Positions 51,201 to 64,000 of a DNA stretch of 64,000 nucleotides are shown here, in pieces. The number at the start of each line of letters is the position of its first letter. The first letter of the stretch is position 1. This DNA is from Lingula anatina (taxonomy: Eukaryota; Animalia; Brachiopoda). Both the position numbers and the translations under genes were made by a program. Location of the stretch: NCBI GenBank assembly GCA_051362555.1, contig CM120642.1, positions 27,652,001-27,716,000 on the forward strand. The letters run 5' to 3'. Under the pieces are notes generated by a model. That model searched no databases. It saw only the letters and a list, made by a program, of their open reading frames with translations, and was not told the origin of the DNA.

Positions 51201-54200
51201 CGTCACAGACAGGAACATCTTTCAAGACCTCCAATTCGTGGAAGAACAAAAGGAATTGGAGCCTACTGCTGAGGAAATTTCTGGGGAGCCCAAAATAGGT
51301 AAGATGTCACGCAAAACGCCAGGTGGGCTGTCAGTTCACATCAGCACGTATCTCAATTTAAAGCTTGATATATGTGTCAGATAAACCCACAGAAGAATAT
51401 TTACGTTTTTCCATATGTTGTATAGCAATAAAAAATCAAATTGATACCCATGAGTTCTGTACGTTTTAGAAAACTTCCGATGCCTTACCGTATTCCAAGT
51501 GGATGACTATCGCTTCTTGGACGGGTGGCCTCTACCAGAGCAACAGTGGGTAGTCTTCGGGCTGAAGTCAGCCAAGGACGCCAGGGTCGTTCTGGCTACA
51601 GTGGAGGGTTCCCAGGCACGTAAGAGCTACGAAATCGTCATTGGAGGCAATGAAAACTCTACCACAGAAATAATGGCAGAGGGACAAATTCAGAAGACGA
51701 CACCCACAGAGAGCATTTTATCCAAAGATATATTCAAGACATTCTGGATCAGCTGGTGCAATGGTAAATATCAAAAGTGACGTGTATCCAAAAATAAAAG
51801 AACGATATTAGTATATTTCCTACAAGATTTTAAAGAATTGCTTGTATTTTTTTATTTAACTAAGAAATCGGGAAAATTAATTCCGCGTAAAAATCAGTTT
51901 TGTTTAAGTTGGTATTGATCAAGTTGATTGGAGTAAAGTTTGTATCAAAAACATGGACATGTACTGTCAGTTGTGAATGCGCGCATCACCAGGACCAAAC
52001 ATTGCTATATTTAACCTTTATGTACACAGGTAAAATTTATATTTCCAGATAAAATAACCCTAGGAGAATCTGAAAAAGACGTACATCGCACTATGCTGGA
52101 GTGGGATATTCCAGAAGACAAACGCCATGATATCGACGCCATTGCTGTCTCCTCCAGATGCGAGAGTGGAGCAGTGTGGATGCTTCCAGAATTCCAAGGT
52201 AAGGTTTAATCCAATTATTCGTATTCGCTCTAGTGTAATCATAATGCGTTTCAGACCGGGGACCATCTTCATTTGTGAATTTTAAAGTTATTCATCTTTG
52301 TCATCCGTACTTATGAAAGTTATATTCTGTATGAGGCACTAAACGTGGTTATATTGGTGGCAAAGAATTTGAGTCTAACAAAACAATTACACTTTGCTAA
52401 ATATAATTCAATTGTGAAATTTCCTTTTAGTCTAAATTGATTCCATTATTCAGAAAATAATGTGTAAATAAACATAATATATACCGGCAAATAAAAGGAA
52501 GTTTGTCCTACTTTTCAGTGATGAAACAACCTGTTGATATCACCAAGCAGTCCTGTCTTACCTACCAGAGCCTGCAGCTTGAACCCAGTGAAATGCCCCC
52601 TGTGGTAGATGTCACTGACAAAGTTGTCCACAAGGACATACAGCTGGTTGTGGAACAGAAAGAAGAAATGCCAGAGGAGGAAGCGGCTCCTTTAGAGCCT
52701 CAAATAGGTAAAGGTCAACAACGTTTCACATGTTTGATTTATTTGAGTTTATGTAAAATCTTACATATTAAGAAAAAAGAACGATATAGAAAAAAATCCG
52801 TGTTCCGTGAAACAAGATATTTGAGCTAATATGTACTTAATTGTATTTTAGAGAAGTTCCGTTGTCTCACCGTCCTTCACGTTGATGACTATCGCTTCCT
52901 GGACGAATGGCCACTCCCAGAGCAGCAATGGATAGTCTTCGGGCTGAAGTCAGCCAAGGACGCCAGGGTCGTTCTGGCTACAGTGGAGGGTAGCCAGGCA
53001 CGTAAGAGCTACGAAGTCGTCATTGGAGGCAATGAGAACTCGACCACAGAAATAATGGTGGATGGAGAAACCCAGCAGACGATACCAACAAAGAGCATTT
53101 TATCGAAAGATATATTCAAGACATTCTGGATCAGCTGGTGCAATGGTAAAAATCAAAAGCGACCGTGTACTCGAATATATGATCATACTATATTGACTGA
53201 AGACATTTAGAAAATCGTAGTTGTATTTGTTTGTAAGTTACCAAATAAATCGACAAAAATCAATTCCCATAAAAATCTATGGAACCTTTATGTTCATCGT
53301 TATAATTATATTTCCAGATAAAATCACCCTAGGAGAATCTGACAAAGACGCACAGCGCACTGTGCTGGAGTGGGATATTCCAGACGACAAACGCCATGAT
53401 ATAGACGCCATTGCTGTCTCATCAAGATGTGAGAGCGGAGCAGTGTGGATGCTTCCAGAATTCCAAGGTAATTGTGTAACATGCTCACGTTTTTGCATAT
53501 TTGAAATATGATTCAGATTAGTTCTCATCTCTCATCTGTACTGATAAAAGAATGATGATGTACTGTATGATGTATTAAAAGTAATATATTTATGGAATTA
53601 GATAAAAAAATTAATTTTGCTACAAATAAATGTTTACTTCTTTCAGTTGTATGATTTGCTTTAAGATAAAACTGCTTCCCACCCAGGGCCACGATAACAC
53701 ATAGGGACACAGAAAGAAAATGTTTAAAAGCACAAATTTTAATTAGAAATAATAAGAATTTTGTCCTCATTTCCAGTGATGAAACAACCTGTTGATATCA
53801 ACAAGCAGTCGTGTCTAACCTACCAGAGCCTGCAGCTTGAACCCAGTGAAATGCCCCCTATGGTAGATGTCACTGACAAAGTTGTCCACAAGGACATACA
53901 GCTGGTTGTGGAAAAGAAAGAAACAGTACCAGCCGAGCAAACCATACCCGTGGAACCAAAAATAGGTATTCTGTTATTACTTTTGGATAAGCGTAGTTAG
54001 AAAAATGTATAATACTTATAGCATCAAACCATCTTGCTGTTATGTCAATATTTCACATCAATGAACATTAGGCCAATACAAGTGTTATAATAATAATTAT
54101 GCATGTAAGGACAAATGTCCTTTACCATTGACTGTTAAAGATAAACAACTTGGAATGTTTCTGTTTATAACCACTTTAAAAAGAAAACAACGAAAAAAAT

Positions 54201-57200
54201 AATGGGTCCATCATCTGAGTCTTTTATATGTTTTAGAAAAATTCCGTTGCCTCACCGTGTTAACAGTCGACGACTACCGGTTCCTCGAGCTTCCTTTACA
54301 ACAGTGGCTCGTCTTCGGGCTCAAGGCAGCCCAGGACGCCCGCGTTTGCCTTGGGACCGAAGAGGGAAATAAGGCACTGATGAATTATGAGATAGTCATT
54401 GGAGGGAACAACAACACCACCACAGAAATAAGAGAATCGGGAAAAGTTCGGAAGAGCGAAAAGACCGAGAGCATATTATCGAAGGACATATTTAAGACGT
54501 TCTGGATCAGTTGGAATGATGGTAGGTCACAAAATGCTATCGGTTATATTTACTAACAATTGTGTAAAAAGGTGCATGACTTAGTGTAATTTCCAAAGTG
54601 AGGAACATCATTGCACCACACATTGCAAATGTGAGCAAACGTCTTTAAATAAATATAATATAAATTTAAGTTATTACGTACAATCTTCGTTCATCAGCGC
54701 ATGCGGAAAATGAGTCTCAAACGAACGATACGTTTTACAAATAATGATGAATATTAAGAAATGTAGATTACATGAGATTTATTCCGTTCTCTTCCTTTTT
54801 TACTCACAGACAGAATCACAGTCGGTGCAAACGAAGAGGACAAGCAGCAAACTGTTCTGGAGTGGGACATCCCAGAAAAGAAGAGGCGACACATCAGTGC
54901 TGTAGCGGTGGCTGCTGGAGATAAACATGGCGCCGTATGGATGGTACCAGAATTTGAGGGTGAGTTTTTTTGGAGAGAGAGAAGAAGAGAGATCTGTACA
55001 AATAGTAGAATAGTACTCAGGTCAGATGTCCTTTTAAGGATTGTCAAAAAAGCCATACATGTTTATATACTGTGAATATTATCTTCATTTTCACTAACGT
55101 GGTTTATTGTTTTCAAAATTAGCTCCCTAACTTGCTAAGGAGAAGGAAAAAATTGGATGGCAGATTGGGTAAAAGATTTAGTGTCTTGAATTTATGTATT
55201 TTGTTCTTACATAGAAACTACCGAACCGGTGGACATCAAGAAACAATCGTGCATGACGTTCCAGTCTCTCCACCTTGAACATGACGCACCTCCTATTGTT
55301 GATGTCACCAACATAGCGGTACACAAGGACATCCAGTTAGTGACGGATTATACTGTAGAGGAACCCGAGGATGAGGAAGAGAGTGAGGTGGCTGTAGAGC
55401 CAAAAATAGGTGAAATCTGCTATTCCGCCTTAGAGTCACAACAAAAAATAACATCCATTTCACCATCAAAGTAAGAAGAGAATCCTTGTGTTGTTTAGTG
55501 TTGGTTAATGAAAAAATCACAGCAATAGACATCAGTATCAAATTCCGAATTTGTATATGAAAGACCAGACGAGGCAAATCTTACTATTAATAAAAATCAA
55601 TCACTGATATGTTTCAGATCTATTCCGTTGTCTAACAATATTCCAAGTAGACGACTATCGGTTCTTGGAAGGATGGCCATTACCAGAACACCAATGGGTA
55701 GTTTTTGGTCTGAAATCTTCCAAAGACGCAAGAATCGTGTTGGCCACCGTAGAAGAGAACCAGGCACACAAGAGCTACGAAATCATTATTGGAGGAGATG
55801 AAAATACGACATCAGAAATCAAAGAGTCAGAAGAAAGACAAATTATTCGACCTACCAAGAGCATTCTCAACAAGGATGTTTTCAAGACGTTTTGGATAAG
55901 TTGGAGTGACGGTAAGGTGATTTAAAAGTAACTGAACGGGATTCACGGTGAAAGTTCAGCACTTTCTATCCAGTGATAGTTTCAAATTATCTTGACCAGA
56001 ACACAGTGTCCTAAACCAAAATGTTGCTTCCTAACACAGTATTCTTAACTTAACATTTGTGTTAAGACTTTTATCTGGTGTCAATAGCAAGACGGATATG
56101 AATTGATTTCATTAGTTCGCCTTTTTCAGATAAATTGATACTTGGTGAAGGTGACCAAGACACCCAGAGAGTAGTCCTGGAATGGGATATCCCAGCGGAC
56201 AAGCGACACAGAGTTGACGCCATTGCTGTTTCAAGTGGTGATGAGAACGGCGCAGTGTGGATGATTCCTGAATTTCAGTGTAAGTGGAAGTAATATACAC
56301 CGTGTTTAAATACGCCTATTTATTGTAGCATGCAATTGCATAATACGTGCAGCAGAAGAAATGGTATATTTTACTAATGGATGACACCTAACCCAAACAG
56401 ACAGTATTAATTCTTAATGCTTTGTAAATTACCCCTGAAGATATCTAAAAGTTCAAGATTTCATTCAATTCTCATATTCAGGTTTATCAAGTGAACTAGA
56501 TACATAAAGGTAAAATTATTATTTTATTTGATTGATTTTTTAGAAGGAATACAAAATGGTAAATGTCACCCTCCACATTTAATGTTCACATGGCATTGCA
56601 TGGTTTCCATCATTTCTTTAGCTGCTGTACCACTATGTGACGTAAAGAGGTGTTCCTGTTTGACCTACATGTCTCTAACACTGGAGACTGAAAAACCGAC
56701 AATCTTTGACGTCACCGATAAAGTAGTACATGTTGACATACAGCTGATTTCAAAGAAAAAACCTGAACCACTAAAAGAAAGAATAGTTTATGTAGAACCA
56801 AAAATCAGTAAGTATAGCTATTTATTCTAATTGCTTGGGGATTTTGTATCGTCTATTTCGTGGAAAGTCTTATATGATTATAAAAAGGACATTGTTTGGA
56901 AGATTTACATTTAGAAACAAAGGGATAATATAAAAAACCCACAAAATTTGGACACCTTTTTTCAACTAAAGATTTATATCATATCGCTCGACCTATAGTC
57001 AAAATAACTATTAGCAAAAACATTTTACTATAAATCAGACTATATATAAGAGAATTGACTAAAACCATACGTTGTTATTTTGCTTCATAACTCTCACCAG
57101 AAAATACAACTTCAACGAAAACACATTTTTCTTCAAAACCCAGAAAAATTCCGCTGCATGTACACAAGGTACGTGGACGATTACAAGTTCCTTGTCAATC

Positions 57201-57648
57201 AGCCATCCCTCCAGCACCAATGGGTCATTTTTGGCGTCCGCGCCGCCGAAAACGCCCGTGTCTGCCTGACCTCTGTTTATGGCGATGCGAAGCAGAAATG
57301 TTACGAAATCATCCTGGGAGGAGAGGGTAACACCAAGACTGAAATCCGGGAATCTGGGAAGACACAAAAGGAGGTGATGACCAAAAGTATTTTGTCCAAG
57401 GATATCTTCAAGACATATTGGATTTCCTGGGAAAACGGTACGCAGCAACCAATACGGTTTTAACTACGATAACTGAGCTGTCACTAGTGTCAAGGTCGAT
57501 GTGAGAAGGTCGAACCTTACTGATGCTCGTTTTAATAATAAAATTCAGTATAAAATTCAATTTTCTCATTATCTGAAAGTACAACTACTTGAATCAAAGC
57601 ATTCACTTTAAAACAGTATAATCTTCAATACCAGGAAAATAGAATTCT

Positions 57649-57720
<72 letters not shown>

Positions 57721-60651
57721 CATAATTTTGGCAAAGATGTAGTTGATGTTACAGAAAGGAACGATCGAGATCATGATATTGTTAAACAGATGATCAAGCT
57801 CATGTTGTAAAGTGACTCAAAATAATTATCCATGTAAACTTATATAAATCTACACAAAAAGCAGCATTCATGTTTTTTTCTTGTTTACACAGATACTATC
57901 CAGGTAGGAGAAGGTGATACGGGCACTCAGGAGTCCATCCTTGAGTGGAAGATACCCGCAGATAAACGCCATACTGTGAAACACGTAGCACTAGCGTCTG
58001 GGGGTGACAGTAAGGCAGAATGGAAGATTCCAGAATTTACAGGTAATGCCTACAAACTTTTTCCATGAGGAATCACATCTGTAGTTTGCAAAAATATGCA
58101 ATAATTCTGTATGGATTTTAGAAGGAGAAATTAAGATTAGGGTTTTAAAATATTATCGGGTTTTTCAGCTGTATACAGTTGTATTATTAGATTCGCTTAA
58201 AAGAAAGCCGTTAGGTACTATATGTATCATTATTACCTACGCGTTCATTTTTCTATTTTTGATCACGAATCTGTGGCAAAATATTGCAAGAAGCTTTTTT
58301 TATTTTCTTATTTTTATTTTTATCTTATTCTTTTTTTGCAGAGGAATCCGTTAGCCACGTGAAGCCACAAACACTTGCCCAGACATCTCTTGTGACATTC
58401 CAAACTCTGCAACTTGAAGAGGACAAAATCCCGGCTCAAGAGGTTGCAGAACATATCTCTATTCAAGAAATTCACTTGACTCAAAGGGAGAAAGTTGAAA
58501 AACAGCTCAATGAAGTTGCTAAAGTAGAACCAAAAATCGGTAAGTTTTTTTTAAAAATTACATTGGTAGGATATTGGTGATCTTGTTTCTTTGTCATAAA
58601 ATTACTTTTTTTGTAACGATTTGTTTCTTATTAAATATTTGTTGTCACACACTTTTAATTCAACCTTTTTTCATGCACAGTATAAATATACACACGATGT
58701 GCAAACTATACTTACTTGGGATAAAAAAAAGACCATTTGGTGGTAAACCCTCAAGCTAAAAGCACAGTAATTTATTGCCAAATGTTACATTCCACTACGG
58801 TACTATTTCAGAATCCTACAGCGTGGTAACAACCCTCCCGGTCGATGACTACCGCACCATCCCAGGGTGCCAAAACGTAGAATGGATGGTCTTTGGTGTC
58901 CGGGCGAAGGACAACGCCAGGGTTTGCCTGACCTCCGTCCACGGTGACACGAAACAGAAGTCCTACGAAGTTGTCATTGGTAGCCACAGTAACAGTAAAA
59001 CTGAGATCCAAGAGTCCGGAGAGACAGTTGTGGAGGCGCCCACTGAGGCTATATTGTCCCAAGACTTAATGAAGCCATTCTGGATGAGTTGGGATGATGG
59101 TATGTCCTTCTATGAAACAGTGTTTATCGCAGCTCTTGTCATGTATGAACATAGAAACGTCTCGTTGAGAATAAAGCTCTGAAGTAAATTAGAATATATT
59201 CAATTGTTACTCTGTCGAGATTTATGAGAATTATGCCGCCATCACAATTTAAAAGTGAACTTATATACGGGACTACTTTTTCTCGTAGCCAAAATTAAAG
59301 TCGGTGAAGGTGTTACAAAGGACGAACAGACTGTTTTGGAATGGGAGATTCCAGAGAGCAAGCTCCAGTCGGTAGATGAAGTGTCCGTGTTTGTAGACAG
59401 TGAGGAAGGCGGGGAGTGGATGGTACCCATGTTTGCAGGTTGGTACACTAGGAAACAAAATTATGCGCGTCCATGAAAAGGAGTGACGGACTCTTTGCCA
59501 TTCATTCGGAATGGTTCTGTGTAGTGCCATTTTTGTAAAATATCACATAAAATGAGAAAATAGTATGGTGGCAGTTTGAATATCCTGCGCATTTGAATGA
59601 CATTTTTTAAATTTTGGTCAAGAAGGTGTCGTCAAACTAGGATGTTTTTTGTCATGGCGCCTTCGTCCTTCTATTTTCTTTTTCAGATATTTGTTAAAAC
59701 ATAAAAAACTGCCATTTTCACTAGTCATATTTAAATATTTTCATTGAAATTGCAGTTGAGCAAGAGTTGGTCACCCCAGCTGTAACAACTAGTGAAGTGG
59801 AGGAGACCAGCGTGCAGCTGGCAGAGCAGACGATTGAACAAAAAGAGCAGACGACAGTGACCGTAACTGAACCGCGTATAGGTAAAAATATAGAATGGTA
59901 ACACGTACATGTTATAGCTTAATGGACGCAATTTAAGAGAAATCTCACGAATTTCAGTTGGAGCCATGCAGTTTTGTACATAGGATCAGGAATTTTCGTC
60001 GTGCATTTATCCAAAAAAAGGGAGTGTACGGAATGAAATCAAACCTCCACATCATACTAACTGCTTACACGTAATGACAGATGGGCCTGTGATACGTTTA
60101 CTTTTTCTCTAATTTATTTTTAGAAACATTTGTCACCATGCGAACTCATAAAGCAGACGACTACCAGTTCATTGAAGGGTACCCCACAGAGACATTTCAA
60201 TCAATCGTATTTGGCATCCGTGCAGCGGGCAACGCCAGGGTGGCCCTGACGTCAAAGACGGGCGACGTCCAACACGGTGTATATGAAGTAGTTATAGGTG
60301 GCGCTGACAACACCAAGTCAGAAATAAGAGAAGGCGGAGAAACGCAGCAGACGGTGGAAACTGAGAACATTCTCTCCAAAGACATGTTTAAACCTTACTG
60401 GATCAGTTGGGATGAAGGTAGTGACCTTTACCTTTAAAAAATTCAAGAAATTGTTTAATTTGAATTTTTATTTATTTGTACAAACAAACGTCTATGTGTT
60501 ATGCTAAAGAAAATGAGAATAGCACAACTATTTGCCACACGCCTCCAATTCTAATGAACCGTTATGTGAAAACAGTCATCCTAGATTCCGAGTAGTGTCA
60601 TGTCATATAAAACATACTTATGTGCATCACCCTCTGATTGCTCACACACAC

Positions 60652-60686
<35 letters not shown>

Positions 60687-63600
60687 GAAAATAAGAAAAA
60701 AAATGAGAAAAAAAACTGATAAAGTTAGTAACGACGTCTGTAATTAAAAGCTTGAATCTCTAATCATTTTCAGCAAAAATTCAGATGGGGCAAGGTCAAG
60801 AGGTCAAGAAGGACGTGGTGGTAGAGTGGGCTATACCCGAGGACAAAATACACCCAGTCAATGCGGTTGCAGTTGCTGTGGATGATAAGGATGGAGGGTC
60901 TTGGAGACTGCCTGATTTTGCAGGTAAATATTACGTGCGTGGGTTGTATCATTGATTCCTAAACGGCTTTGATCCATGATATACCTTGTCGTGTGATTGA
61001 ACAAAATGCACAGAATTACCATGCTACAAATGTGTTAAATTCAGTGATGAAATTATTAAATTTGGTGTTTTTCCCTTTAGTATACCAAATGCATCCCTAG
61101 TTTGACTTAACCCACTCCTTTGCATTACATGAACGCTAATAGACAATGCTTTCCATCCCGTACCATAGTAATGGTGCCAGAATCGGGAAAATCAGTTGAT
61201 TGAAGAAAAATTAATTAATAAATAGACCTCTTTACCTATGCAATCAAGTACAAATACCTGCTTGGATGATTTAAGCACTGAATACCCATGATTTGCGCAC
61301 TTCCTCGTTGTGAATTTGTTTTAGAACCAAAAGAAACGCCGGAAAAAGAGACCGAAGTAGTGACCTACGACGAGTCAGTGCGATTTAAAGAGGCGCTGAA
61401 TTTCATGATAAACAATAAAGAACCCAAGCCAGGTAACATGTTAAGCATGTTCAAGAGTATTTGTCAATAGCTTTTCCATATATATCAAAAATTGTAAAGA
61501 CAGCCGTTCAGGTACAACAATCACATTTTAAAGTAATATTAGTATTGTTTGTGTAAACGAGAGACATGTTTTCAAATTTATACATATACGCTAGATCAAT
61601 TAATTGGCTACATACTGGTGTATAGATTTACAGATTTTTCTCGTTTTAGCTCAAGAGCTTTATTCCATTTTGCAATTTCTTCAAATTCATTTTTATTAAT
61701 TTTTCATGTCATTAGTGATCAGCGAGATAACGGTATATTCATAGATCAGTTTTTAACATTTTCAGAAAATGTGGAGACATTCGTCACAAACCCGGACGAT
61801 GATTACTATTTCTTCGAGGAAACTACAGTTGTGGAAAAGAAGTGGGTAATCTTCAACGTTAAATCAAAAGGGGAACTCCATGTTGTCTTATCGTCTGTAT
61901 CTGGTCTCGATAAAAACAGAAAATATGAAATTATTCTGGGCTGCGACGCAAACAACAAGTCCAAAATACTCGAAAATGGAGAAGTGAAAGTGGTGACTGA
62001 TACGCATGATATAATATCAGACACTGAATATCATGTTTTCTGGATAACTTGGACGGACCAAAAACTTCGTGTTGGTAGAGGGAAGTTTGAGGGATTTGAT
62101 CTGCTGATGGAGTTACCAATACCAGATGAAAATTACGAAATCATCTCCGCGGCCGTGCTTAGTACTGATACGGCTGAATGGCAGGTGCTCAAAGTGACCG
62201 GTGAGTGTTACTGCACTAAGCTATCTCTGACAGTATCTCTCTCTCCTCTTGTATATGAAGGAAATATCACGCAGCTGGTGAAATGCATTTTATATAGTGT
62301 TTTGTGTGGTTTAATGAATTTCCTCTAGGGACCCGATAGTTTATTATTGCTTGGTGTAACATATAACTGGGTAAATGTAACAGAAATTTTAAGTTGGTTA
62401 AAATTAAACGGCAGTAAAGTTGATGAGGGGCGTTTGCAAAATATTCTCTTCAACTGTCACACGATCATTTTCTTTTTAAATAACGATGTTTTATTAAGCT
62501 TTAATACCCAGTATTCCAATTAAAAGGAGAATGTTGACAAAATTGATATTATTTAAGGTGATGTGACCGACTCCACTGAAACCACTACTGTTGAGCAGAC
62601 GACAGACGAACAGCGATACCATATAACACCTGAAGGATTAAAGGTTCCCATAGAAACAAGCAGAAAAGTGTCGGAGTCAGGAGAAGAGGAAAAGCCATAC
62701 TTTGGTAAGAAAATAACACGTCCATAATACCAGTACCAACTTGTCAATAACGTCATAGACGGAATTCAAAAAAGACACAAAAATATATATGTATGTGTGT
62801 GTTTGTGTGTGTGTGTGTTTGTGTCGTTTTTAAAAATAGTTATAAAATTCGTATCGACAGATAGTCACAGAAATAGAGCTTGACCATTTCGCGTTGCAGT
62901 TTAGGATTTTGTAAATGCGTGAAAATTTTTTTTTAGAAACTATCATCTCCGCCAAATCCGAGCCAGATGGCGAATATGAGACTTTCGAGGAATGGACAGA
63001 GACATTTGAGGAGTGGACAGAGTGGACGGTGTTCAGAGTCAAGACTGACCAAGAAGCCAAAGTGGCCCTGTCAGGGAGTTCAGAAACTGGGGGCAGTGAA
63101 CTGAGGAAGGATGCATATGAGGTTTGTGTCAGTGTGATTCAGGTGCTTCATTTTCTTTCTCACGTAGACTTGGATATACAAAATACTCGGTGAATTCAGA
63201 TTTGATGTTTGATGAACAACCATAATGAGAAACAGTCTGAATTTTTATCCATATCTCCACTGTTTTAATAAGTATTTCATTAGAAATTCTACTGACTTCT
63301 GTTTATAGATGAGTTACTATTTCTTGCAACAAAACATCTGGATAAATATTTTTGTGGAGTTTGTTTAAAACAATTAAAAAAAAGAGCCTAACAGTAATAT
63401 TCAAATACACACTGTTAGTTTTGAACTACCCTTCTTTGAGGAAATATGCACTTCTAATGTAGCCCTTTGTACTTACCAGATCATTCTTGGAGCTGACAAC
63501 AACAAAAAGACTTACATCAAGCAAAACGACCGTATTGAAGCAGAAGTTTCCAGTAAGGGGATCCTCAGCTCTGACAACTTCAGAACATTTTGGTTGTCTT

Positions 63601-63756
63601 GGGAGGACGCGAAAGTGCAGATCGGGAGAGGGTACAAGAAGGGCAATGATAAGATCCTGGAATGGGAGCCGCCGAAGGAAAGCTGGCAAAAGATTACGAA
63701 CTTGGGCGTCAGTTCGGGTGTGACAGCGGCAGAGTGGGAGTTCCTCAAGTATAAAG
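39331..63756 (+). CDS. Giant multi-exon protein (>3500 aa within the window, 3'-incomplete): acidic low-complexity N-terminal region plus at least 13 tandem farnesoic acid O-methyltransferase-like (Methyltransf_FA / CPAMD8-type) domains
   Basis: 37 exons with GT/AG and continuous frame (D = domain, L = linker): 39331-42211; D1 42423-42869; L 43442-43645; D2 44419-44712+47085-47222; L 47531-47710; D3 48543-48836+49159-49305; L 49817-49990; D4 50282-50575+50792-50941; L 51113-51298; D5 51470-51763+52049-52198; L 52519-52707; D6 52852-53145+53318-53467; L 53777-53965; D7 54237-54521+54810-54959; L 55215-55409; D8 55618-55911+56130-56279; L 56622-56807; D9 57144-57437+57893-58042; L 58342-58539; D10 58812-59099+59289-59438; L 59756-59881; D11 60124-60417+60774-60923; L 61325-61432; D12 61766-62200; L 62558-62704; D13 62937-63121+63480-63756. 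Domain consensus F.V(R/K)A..DA.V.L....YE(I/V)V(I/L)GG..N.K(T/S)EI...T..ILS...F(K/R).FWISW.D..I.(V/L)G.G.....LEW......I..(V/I)AV......W matches the Methyltransf_FA signature as I recall it. Confidence 0.88.
40627..41223 (+). repeat. ~297-bp coding tandem duplication inside the giant exon
   Basis: 40627-40914 and 40924-41223 both encode VETLEKPV.EE..TPEEE..KDII..DV..IP.KTD.IYEQEP.EELAGPD.PKQT..LKDDEIVESATVPEKVLQSPVVQ.SEE..PTQ, with long nucleotide identity. Confidence 0.9.
57652..57713. repeat. (TA)n microsatellite in the intron of domain 9
   Basis: About 30 TA units. Confidence 0.95.
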
Positions 63757-64000
63757 GTATGGCCATAAAACTGATTAAGTAGACCAAGGGCTTTTAGATA
63801 TAACATCGAAAGTGCATAATAGGAAAATAATGTTTTCTGCTGTGGAATATCGTTGATTATCACTTGTACTATCACAGAATTGATGCACATCCTGTTGTGG
63901 ACGGAGTCTTCTGAATTAACATATACCCAAAGTGTGTAACTCTGAAAACCAGCAATCCAACTGATAGCTACAGTATGTGCAAGAAAGTATTTTGCTATTT

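Noticed and set aside
42423-63756. Calling the gene an active farnesoic acid methyltransferase or CPAMD8
   Set aside because: No SAM-binding GxGxG motif and no alpha-2-macroglobulin/thioester domains are visible; only the shared module is supported.

Overview
AT-rich, intron-rich eukaryotic DNA, probably from a marine invertebrate (lophotrochozoan-like; taxon is inference). From left to right: two decayed Tc1/mariner elements back to back (1-2949); a complete 7-exon HSPA12-type atypical Hsp70 gene on + (6751-13956, ~589 aa); a convergent 4-exon gene on - (19285-15260, ~496 aa) encoding signal peptide + ~50 x GTGGPP + Met/Lys-rich Gly-X-Y collagen + stalk + C-terminal TM helix (a type I membrane collagen-like protein); ~20 kb of non-coding DNA with several MITE families; and the 5' part of a giant + strand gene (candidate start exon 31252-31299, body 39331 to beyond the window end). 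That gene has a 2.9 kb acidic E/P/T/D-rich exon followed by at least 13 tandem farnesoic-acid-O-methyltransferase-like (Methyltransf_FA-type) domains, built mostly from a repeated three-exon, all-phase-1 cassette. All gene models were assembled by eye from GT/AG signals and phase continuity; no database searches were run.
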